NCBI RefSeq assembly: GCF_001481685.1
Contig: NZ_CP006867.1
Location: forward strand, 390,001-422,000
Direction of reading: 5' to 3'
From: Ignicoccus islandicus DSM 13165
Lineage (GTDB): Archaea > Thermoproteota > Thermoprotei_A > Sulfolobales > Ignicoccaceae
DNA length: 32,000 nt
Shown: piece by piece, positions 17,382-23,816 of the stretch
How the letters are laid out: every line of letters starts with the position of its first letter
Numbering within the stretch: position 1 is the first letter of the stretch
Notes under the pieces: generated by a model
What the model saw: the letters and a program-made list of their open reading frames with translations, nothing else
What the model was told of the DNA's origin: nothing
Database searches by the model: none
Made by a program: the position numbers and the translations under genes

Positions 17382-17726
17382 ATGAGTTCCGGGGCTTATA
17401 GAGTGACAATGTCTGGAAAATTAATTGAAGGCAGAAAGACGGTTACGCAAAAAGTAGTTTCAATTATGTTTATTATCATAGGGATAATATTTCTCTACTT
17501 AACACTCGCTTGTTGGATGGGAGGAGCTATATTTGCTTGTAGAACTCTAGTAGGTCTGCTGGGACTTGGCGTTTCCTCGCTGTTCATAGTATACGCAATT
17601 TCTCTTTACTCGTACCGTCTACCGCCATCGCCAGAAGAACTCGAAAGGGAATATAGAGATGAATTGAAGAAGGTATCGGAAATGATTGAGGAGGAACTAA
17701 AGAAGAAGTTCATTAAAGAGGATTAA
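17382..17726 (+). CDS. Small two-TM membrane protein with a charged C-terminal helix, paired (divergently) with GT2 gene 2
   Basis: 114-aa ORF with two hydrophobic helices, then YRLPPSPEELEREYRDELKKVSEMIEEELKKK. Confidence 0.65.
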   Translation: MSSGAYRVTMSGKLIEGRKTVTQKVVSIMFIIIGIIFLYLTLACWMGGAIFACRTLVGLLGLGVSSLFIVYAISLYSYRLPPSPEELEREYRDELKKVSEMIEEELKKKFIKED

Positions 17727-18784
17727 GGTCTAACTGGAACTAGGTACTTGAGGCCTTCGTCCTCTGGTAGACCCAACATTAAGTTCATGTTTTGAACTGC
17801 CACTCCGGCAGCGCCTTTCATTAGGTTATCTATTGCCGCGAACATTGCTATTCTGCCTACCCTCTTATCTACCGCGAAACCTACCTCAGCGTAGTTGCTA
17901 CCGTAGACGTTCTTCACGTCCGGATAAGGCATGGGAGCGCCCCTTACTATCTTAACAAATGGTTTCTTTGCATAGAACTTCGCGTATGCCCTTTGAACGT
18001 CTAATTCGCTTACATCTCTAGTGAGCCAAGAATACGCTGAGGCGAGGGACCCCCTTATCATGCTGACTGCGTGGGGAGTGAAAGCAACCTTGACGTCCCT
18101 ACCGGTGAACTCCCTTAAAACTTGCTCGAGTTCCGCTACGTGTCTGTGTCCACTAGCGTCGTACGGTCTCGCAGTTCCTTCCCTCTCCGGATGATGGCCC
18201 CCTCGGTAGGGCTTAGCGCCTGCTTCGGAGGAACCAACCTTCACGTCTACAACTAGGTGATCCAAATCTATCAAGCCTTCCGCCGCTACTGGGACTGTCG
18301 CGAGGATCGAGGAGGAAGCGTTACAGCCGGGGTTCGCTACCAGTTGAGCCCCCTTTATTTTCTCAGAGTAAAGTTCCGGTATTCCGTATACGGCCTTTTC
18401 GAGTATATCGGGGTATGGATGTTCGTATCCATACCATATCTTGTAATCTTCCAGTCTCTTTAACCTATAATCGGCACTTAGGTCCACGACCTTCAAACCT
18501 ATTTCAAGTGCCTTCGGAACGTAGTGGAGCGAGACCTTATGAGGAAGCGCTAGGAACACTAAATCTACGTCCCCAACTACTTCAGATAACTGATCGGGGT
18601 TGTCCAACTTCTTGAACTTAAGTTTATAGAAACCCCTGAGGTGCGGGTGTGCGTAGTATACGAACTTTCCCGCATATTCCCTCGAAGTCGCAACGCTAAC
18701 CTCTACTTGAGGGTGAACTGCGAGTATCCTAAGTAACTCTCCTCCGGTGTACCCTGAGGCCCCGACTATTGCTACCCTATACAT
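17723..18784 (-). CDS. argC: N-acetyl-gamma-glutamyl-phosphate reductase / LysW-aminoadipate-phosphate reductase (ArgC/LysY)
   Basis: 353-aa ORF. Motifs: VAIVGASGYTGGELLRIL, LPH, DLSADYR, and the active-site NPGCNASS. Confidence 0.85.
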   Translation of the reverse strand: MYRVAIVGASGYTGGELLRILAVHPQVEVSVATSREYAGKFVYYAHPHLRGFYKLKFKKLDNPDQLSEVVGDVDLVFLALPHKVSLHYVPKALEIGLKVVDLSADYRLKRLEDYKIWYGYEHPYPDILEKAVYGIPELYSEKIKGAQLVANPGCNASSSILATVPVAAEGLIDLDHLVVDVKVGSSEAGAKPYRGGHHPEREGTARPYDASGHRHVAELEQVLREFTGRDVKVAFTPHAVSMIRGSLASAYSWLTRDVSELDVQRAYAKFYAKKPFVKIVRGAPMPYPDVKNVYGSNYAEVGFAVDKRVGRIAMFAAIDNLMKGAAGVAVQNMNLMLGLPEDEGLKYLVPVRP

Positions 18785-18848
18785 TTAAACAACCCATTAC
18801 TCACCAACTGAAACTGAATAAAGGGTTTACGCGTATATATGTCTCCAC

Positions 18849-18860
18849 AACTAGTTAACT
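18849..18860. promoter_or_regulatory. Overlapping 8-bp palindromes aactagtt/agttaact; candidate TetR operator
   Basis: aactagttaact lies between a tatatatg TATA-like box (about 18835-18842) and the GTG start at 18874. Confidence 0.3.
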
Positions 18861-18873
18861 CAGGGGATAGTTA

Positions 18874-19422
18874 GTGAATGGCGAGGCTTCTACTAAAGAG
18901 AAAATCCTTCAAGCCGCCCGAAAGGTGTTCGCCGAAAAGGGATTCTTAAAAGCTTCCGTTGAAAGCATAGCCCGAGAGGCTGAAGTTTCCAAGAGCTTGG
19001 TATTCTGGTATTTCAAAAACAAAGACGAATTGATCAAGGAAGTAGTTAAAGACATATTGCCCGGAAAGGCCGTCGAGGAATGCTTATCGAAAAACATCAA
19101 GGGCGAAGAGCTAGTTAGGTGTTTCATTGAAAGGTACGTTAAGTTGCTCTCGGATCCCTTGAACAAGAAGCTTGCAATTCACTTAATGGGATTGTCTCTA
19201 GTCCACCCAAACTATAAGAAGTTATATGACGAGTTTTGCGAAGAAGCACTAAGGGAACTGGCTAGAAGGTTATTCTGCAGAGAACCAGACGAGGTCGATA
19301 TGGCTACTGTAAGGGGTTTGAACGGCTTGGTCCTATGTAACTCGGCAAGGGGTTACGACAAGGTTGAGGTACTCGCATCCATAGCGATACCTCTCCTAAA
19401 AGAGAGGGGGCTATGTACTTAA
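18874..19422 (+). CDS. TetR/AcrR-family transcriptional regulator
   Basis: N-terminal HTH KEKILQAARKVFAEKGFLKASVESIAREAEVSKSLVFWYFKNKDELI. Confidence 0.85.
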   Translation: MNGEASTKEKILQAARKVFAEKGFLKASVESIAREAEVSKSLVFWYFKNKDELIKEVVKDILPGKAVEECLSKNIKGEELVRCFIERYVKLLSDPLNKKLAIHLMGLSLVHPNYKKLYDEFCEEALRELARRLFCREPDEVDMATVRGLNGLVLCNSARGYDKVEVLASIAIPLLKERGLCT

Positions 19423-19430
19423 TTTATAAA
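19423..19430 (+). promoter_or_regulatory. TATA box (tttataaa) for hsp20
   Basis: Immediately after the tetR stop codon and 33 nt before ATG 19464. Confidence 0.5.
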
Positions 19431-19463
19431 AATTTCCATTTAATTACCGCTTGGGTAAGAGAT

Positions 19464-19997
19464 ATGTTCTGGAGGAGAAGGAACATATTCGATTTGTTTG
19501 ATTACTTACTTAGAGACATCGAAAAGGAGTTACAACTCTTCGAAACTGAAGTAGAGAGGCTCATTGAAGAGGCCGCCAGAAGCGGCGAAGTGAGGGTCGA
19601 GAGATACGGACCATACGTTTACGGGTTTTCAATAACTATAGGACCCGATGGAAGGCCCATAATAAGGGAGTTCGGTAACATAAGGAGAGGTCTCGAAGGC
19701 ACTAAGGTAGAGGAGGAGTTCGAGCCTCTAGTCGATGTAATGGAGGACGAAGACAAGATTACTGTAGTAGCTGAGTTACCAGGTGTTAAGAAGGAAAACG
19801 TAAAGGTAAAGGTAGGCAAGGACTACGTTGAGATAAGGGCTTCGAACGGTAAGAAGTTCTATAAGAGAGTGGCCTTACCGGCCAAAGTGAAGCCCGAAAC
19901 TGCTAAGGCCAACTTCAACAACGGCGTATTGGAAGTAACTGTCGAGAAGGCCGAAAAGGGTAAGAAGGAAGGAGAAGTAGAAGTTACTCCTGAGTAA
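19464..19997 (+). CDS. hsp20: Small heat-shock protein, Hsp20/alpha-crystallin family
   Basis: PLVDVMEDEDKITVVAELPGVKKENVKVKV...YKRVALPAKV...AKANFNNGVLEVTVEK. ATG 19464 is preferred over the ORF-track start 19413, which would include the TATA box. Confidence 0.85.
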   Translation: MFWRRRNIFDLFDYLLRDIEKELQLFETEVERLIEEAARSGEVRVERYGPYVYGFSITIGPDGRPIIREFGNIRRGLEGTKVEEEFEPLVDVMEDEDKITVVAELPGVKKENVKVKVGKDYVEIRASNGKKFYKRVALPAKVKPETAKANFNNGVLEVTVEKAEKGKKEGEVEVTPE

Positions 19998-20400
19998 CGC
20001 TACTTCGAACCTTTCTTATCCTCCTCTTAAGCCTCGAACTCTTGTTCTTGCTTTTCATTTCCTCTAACACTCTTTCTACTATACTCTTCACCTTAGGCTT
20101 ATTATCGTACTTCCCATCCCTATATTTCTTAATGACCTCCTTCACTGGAACAGTCTTCGTTTTAGTACTCTCTATATCGAAAACTAGCTCCGCACCGCAC
20201 TTGGGACACCTCCCGTAACGATTAACTATAGAGTACAGAGATGGTATTCCCTTACTGTCTCCTCCCACAAATACTTCAATAACGCTGTTACATGAACTAC
20301 AAACGTAGACGATAGGCAATATTTTACCCCCCAATGTGGTAATACTTTTCCAAGTACTTGAAGATGGGAAGGCGAGTTGTATACATCTTAGGGTCGCCAA
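19984..20400 (-). CDS. Zinc-ribbon protein with a Lys/Arg-rich tail, function unknown
   Basis: CSSCNS...CPKCGAEL four-Cys ribbon. The start is uncertain: TTG 20400, or TTG 20319 preceded by GGGGGGT with 6-nt spacing. Confidence 0.5.
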   Translation of the reverse strand: MATLRCIQLAFPSSSTWKSITTLGGKILPIVYVCSSCNSVIEVFVGGDSKGIPSLYSIVNRYGRCPKCGAELVFDIESTKTKTVPVKEVIKKYRDGKYDNKPKVKSIVERVLEEMKSKNKSSRLKRRIRKVRSSVTQE

Positions 20401-20566
20401 AGGCCAATCTCTTCATAAATCAGTAGTTCGGGCACGCTCATTCCCGTTAACCTCTCCTTAGAGCCTTTAAGAACCACGAGTTCGAATTCACTCAAAGAGT
20501 TCAAACTCTGAGGTCCGCGACGTCTCACTGAATTAAGTCTGCGATTTGAGGAGAGTTTTAGGTGTT

Positions 20567-20664
20567 TGGCGGCCCCGCCGGGATTTGAACCCGGGACTAC
20601 CGGCTATCCTCGAATCCGTAGGGCTTAGAAGGCCGGCGCCCTGTCCTGGCTAGGCGACGGGGCC
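20567..20664 (-). tRNA. tRNA-Arg (anticodon TCT) with a ~20-nt intron after position 37; CCA encoded
   Basis: The rc reads GGCCCCGTCGCCTAGCCAGGACAGGGCGCCGGCCTTCTA[AGCCCTACGGATTCGAGGAT]AGCCGGTAGTCCCGGGTTCAAATCCCGGCGGGGCCGCCA. The acceptor, D, anticodon and T stems all pair. Confidence 0.88.
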
Positions 20665-20689
20665 CCATTTGTTCCGTCACCTGAATTCA

Positions 20690-20697
20690 TCTAAAAA
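20690..20697 (-). promoter_or_regulatory. TATA-like box (tttttaga on the minus strand) for tRNA-Arg
   Basis: 25 nt upstream of the tRNA 5' end. Confidence 0.45.
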
Positions 20698-20758
20698 GCT
20701 TTCCCCTAGAGGATGACCTTTATGAAGGCTAATACCTTAACTGATTACGGGAACCTCT

Positions 20759-21841
20759 TTGGTCAATTTAGACGAGATCTTTAAGCCTATCTACTTCAAA
20801 GACGGACAGATGTTTTGGATCGATACGAGATACATACCATGGGAAGAAATATGGAGACATACGAAGGACTACAATAGGGTTGCACAAGCTATAAAAGACA
20901 TGGAAATAAGAGGGGCACCGGCCATAGGAGTTGCCGCGGCCTTCGGTATGGCGTTAGCAGCAATCTATTCAAATGCAAGAAATATCGATGAATTACTAAA
21001 GGACTTGGAAAAAGCTAAGGAAGTTCTATCTAAGACTAGACCAACCGCGGTTAACTTATTCTGGGCGCTCGACCGAGTGATGCAAGCAGCATTGAAGGCC
21101 TCGGAGAGCGGTGACGTGGAGAAGGTAAGAGAGGTCGTACTTAACGAGGCTTACGCTATCCAAAGGGAAGATATCGAACAGAACGTAAGGATGGGCAAAA
21201 TAGGGGCCGAGTTAATAGAAGACGGAGACGTGATACTAACCCATTGCAACACTGGCGCGTTGGCTACTGCCGGCTACGGCACTGCATTAGGAGTAATAAG
21301 AGCCGCATGGGAGCAGGGTAAGAGAATAGAAGTGATTGCAACGGAAACGAGACCAGTAGCTCAAGGAGCGAGGTTAACCGTCTGGGAATTAGTGAGAGAA
21401 GGCATTCCAGCCAAATTAATAAGCGACACCATGGTAGGATATCTAATGAGTAAGAAGAAGATAAGTAAAGTATTCTTGGGTGCAGACAGGATACTTCTGA
21501 GCGGTCACTTCGCTAACAAGATAGGTACTTATCAAATAGCGGTATTAGCCCACTATCACAAAGTACCTTTCTACACTGTTGCTCCTACATCTACGATAGA
21601 TCCGAAGAGGACGTTAGATCAATTGGTAATTGAAGAGAGGAGTCCAGAAGAAGTTAGGAGATGTCCCTATCCATACGAGAAAATTTACGTAACTGTGCCT
21701 TCGATAGATGTGTATAATCCGGCGTTCGACGTAACGCCGCCGGAATTGGTAACCGGAATAGTTACTGAAGAGGGCGTAGCGTATCCGCCTTATTGGGTAA
21801 GCCTTAGGGAAATAATGAGAAAGAAGGGATATCAAATCTAA
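20759..21841 (+). CDS. mtnA: S-methyl-5-thioribose-1-phosphate isomerase (eIF-2B alpha/beta/delta-like family)
   Basis: 360-aa ORF. Motifs: FWIDTRYIPWE, AIKDMEIRGAPAIGVAAAFG, TRPTAVNLFWAL, ILTHCNTGALAT, GADRI, ANKIGTYQIAVLA, NPAFDVTP. TTG start. Confidence 0.8.
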   Translation: MVNLDEIFKPIYFKDGQMFWIDTRYIPWEEIWRHTKDYNRVAQAIKDMEIRGAPAIGVAAAFGMALAAIYSNARNIDELLKDLEKAKEVLSKTRPTAVNLFWALDRVMQAALKASESGDVEKVREVVLNEAYAIQREDIEQNVRMGKIGAELIEDGDVILTHCNTGALATAGYGTALGVIRAAWEQGKRIEVIATETRPVAQGARLTVWELVREGIPAKLISDTMVGYLMSKKKISKVFLGADRILLSGHFANKIGTYQIAVLAHYHKVPFYTVAPTSTIDPKRTLDQLVIEERSPEEVRRCPYPYEKIYVTVPSIDVYNPAFDVTPPELVTGIVTEEGVAYPPYWVSLREIMRKKGYQI

Positions 21842-21981
21842 GCGAAGTACGCAGCAATAGCTGCTATGGAAGCGAAGGAGGCTGGGCACAAGAGCTTGCT
21901 CAGTTCCACGTTATGTGTACACACTTGATAGCTCACTAAGAAAGCGATAACGAGAACGAGTATCACTAACGTTAATTCCAT
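21838..21981 (-). CDS. Candidate 47-codon hydrophobic two-Cys ORF translationally coupled to the radical-SAM gene
   Basis: MELTLVILVLVIAFLVSYQVCTHNVELSKLLCPASFASIAAIAAYFA. The ATG lies 6 nt after GGTGGTGA (rc of 21988-21995), which is formed by the last codons and stop of the upstream gene. Confidence 0.4.
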   Translation of the reverse strand: MELTLVILVLVIAFLVSYQVCTHNVELSKLLCPASFASIAAIAAYFA

Positions 21982-21987
21982 CCAAAC

Positions 21988-23070
21988 TCACCACCACGTT
22001 GTCCCATGGAATCTGCCTTTGAAATTGAGTTTGTAGCCGCATTTGGGGCAACGGAAGTCTTCAGTTAACTTCCATGATACGATGTAGAAGCCGTATCTCT
22101 CAACTACTAACTCACCGCACTTAGGACAGTAGGTATTCTCTAGTGGATGTCCACCTACGTTGCCTATGTACACGTAATGCAGACCTACTTCCTCCTTAGC
22201 TATCTTAGCTAGTTTCTCTAAAGTCTCCACGGGAGTTGGGGGGAAGTCTCTCATTAGGTAATCTGGATGGAAGCGAAGTAAATGGAAAGGTATTTCCGGA
22301 CCCAAGTTGTCCTTAATCCATTGAGCTAGGTTCCTCAAGTCTTCTTCCTTGTCTCCTACTTTTGGAACTATTAAGTCTGTCACTTCAATAAACCATCCAA
22401 CTTCCTTCATGACTTTTAAGCTCTCGAAAATCGGGGCTGGGTCTGGTACCGCCATATACCTTCTATAGAATTCCTTATTTGCAGATCCCTTGAAGTCTAC
22501 GGTAACGGCATCCATGTAAGGGCCTAACTTCCTTATTGCTTCAGGAGTCATGTAGCCGTTTGTAACCATGGTAGTAAAGAGTCCTTCCTTCTTAGCTATT
22601 TTAGCAACGTCATACATGTACTCGAAGAATATAGTGGGCTCGTTGTAGGTAAAGCTTATTCCGTCAGCACCCATCTCCTTAGCTAACTGAACGACCTTCT
22701 CGGGCTCCAGGTACCTCCCGTATATCTCTTCCCTCCTAGCTTGACTTATCTCCCAGTTCTGACAGAATCTGCAGAAGAAGTTGCAACCTGCCGTACTTAT
22801 ACTAAATACCTTCGAACCAGGCTCGAAGTGTAATAGAGGTTTCTTCTCAATTGGATCGACATTGGCGGCAGTGAGAAGTCCGTAAACTAAAGTGTATAGT
22901 TTGCCTCCTATGTTAGCCCTGACGCCACAAACGCCGTAAGTATCGGGTGGTAACTTACACTTCCTCCAACATAAATCGCATTCAACCCATCCGTTACCTA
23001 AGTCCTTCGTTAGATCCTTATCGGCTTCCCTAACCCATTTCTTCCCTAGCCAGAAATCGAGCTTTCCCAA
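21988..23070 (-). CDS. amrS: AmmeMemoRadiSam-system radical SAM enzyme
   Basis: CDLCWRKCKL..GVCGVR, DPIEKKPLLHFEPGS, the radical-SAM cluster CNFFCRFCQNWEIS, and a C-terminal CPKCG...CPKCG. Confidence 0.8.
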   Translation of the reverse strand: MGKLDFWLGKKWVREADKDLTKDLGNGWVECDLCWRKCKLPPDTYGVCGVRANIGGKLYTLVYGLLTAANVDPIEKKPLLHFEPGSKVFSISTAGCNFFCRFCQNWEISQARREEIYGRYLEPEKVVQLAKEMGADGISFTYNEPTIFFEYMYDVAKIAKKEGLFTTMVTNGYMTPEAIRKLGPYMDAVTVDFKGSANKEFYRRYMAVPDPAPIFESLKVMKEVGWFIEVTDLIVPKVGDKEEDLRNLAQWIKDNLGPEIPFHLLRFHPDYLMRDFPPTPVETLEKLAKIAKEEVGLHYVYIGNVGGHPLENTYCPKCGELVVERYGFYIVSWKLTEDFRCPKCGYKLNFKGRFHGTTWW

Positions 23071-23141
23071 TCTCTATACCCATCTATTGAAATGTAGAAC
23101 ATGGAGTTTAAAGTGGAGGTCCGATATCGCTCAGAATAAAA

Positions 23142-23603
23142 TTACTCGCCCTTCTTTCTAACTACGAGTACCGGACAGTGGGCGTGATTGGAGACGTATC
23201 TGGCAACGCTACCCAATATCAAGGCCTTTATTCCGCTCAGACCCCTGGTCCCCATTGCTATGAGATCTACATCCAGTTCCTCCGCGGTTTGAACTATTGT
23301 TTTCCCGACGTGACCTTCCTTTATTAGGCCTTCGACTTCGAATCCTTTTTCCTTAGCCTTGGCCTCTCCCTCCTCAATTATTTTCTTAGCGTTTTCCTTT
23401 AATTCCTCAAGTAGCTGGACGACCAGCGACGGCGGAGCCACTGACTCTATACCAAACTCTTCTAAGCTAGGTATAACGTGAAGGAGTATCAACTTCCATT
23501 TGCTTTTATCCAGTAGATCTAATACATATTCTAATGCGTACTTACTATATTCCGAACCGTCGAGGGCAACTATAGCCTTTTTCAAAACTTTTCCCTCTCC
23601 CAT
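23142..23603 (-). CDS. Universal stress protein (UspA family)
   Basis: KKAIVALDGSEYSKYALEY...LLHV...DLIAMGTRGLSGIKALILGSVARYVSNHAHCPVLVV. ATG 23603 is preferred and sits behind a taataat TATA-like box. The ORF track extends to 23654. Confidence 0.85.
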   Translation of the reverse strand: MGEGKVLKKAIVALDGSEYSKYALEYVLDLLDKSKWKLILLHVIPSLEEFGIESVAPPSLVVQLLEELKENAKKIIEEGEAKAKEKGFEVEGLIKEGHVGKTIVQTAEELDVDLIAMGTRGLSGIKALILGSVARYVSNHAHCPVLVVRKKGE

Positions 23604-23646
23604 ACTACTTTCTTGAAAAGGGATTATTAGATGAATCCCTCTTAAG

Positions 23647-23778
23647 TTACTCAAAGGGTTTCTTGAAAATTAGATAAATGCTGATTAAAGCTATTACTAG
23701 CGAGAGTATCGACATGATTAAGTACATAGTGTCGACCAAACTTCCCGGTCGGACTCTTTCGCATCGTTCGGCCACCAA
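23647..23778 (-). CDS. Candidate 43-codon tail-anchored membrane peptide downstream of the ParA-like gene
   Basis: A TTG (or the next-codon GTG) start lies 6 nt after GGAGGTGATC (rc of 23785-23794). That is the full archaeal anti-16S SD consensus as I recall it. Product: (M)VAERCERVRPGSLVDTMYLIMSILSLVIALISIYLIFKKPFE. Confidence 0.4.
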   Translation of the reverse strand: MVAERCERVRPGSLVDTMYLIMSILSLVIALISIYLIFKKPFE

Positions 23779-23816
23779 TAGCCTGATCACCTCCCTCCTC
23801 AACCCGGGACTGAAAG

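Noticed and set aside
14274-17726. AT-rich GT island next to tRNA-Asn as an integrated mobile element
   Set aside because: No integrase, no transposase, and no duplicated tRNA fragment (att-like repeat) that I could find at the far boundary. The composition alone supports foreign or accessory origin, not a defined element.
20711-20782. ATG-led 23-codon ORF (MTFMKANTLTDYGNLFGQFRRDL) overlapping the TTG start of mtnA in another frame; possible frameshift
   Set aside because: The only purine-rich stretch (tagagg) abuts the ATG with no spacing, so translation is unlikely. The mtnA N-terminus from TTG 20759 already covers the conserved beginning of the family.
21614-21889. 91-aa minus-strand ORF overlapping the mtnA 3' end
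   Set aside because: It is embedded antisense in a well-supported gene. The shorter SD-led ORF (21838..21981) in a different frame explains the intergenic space better.
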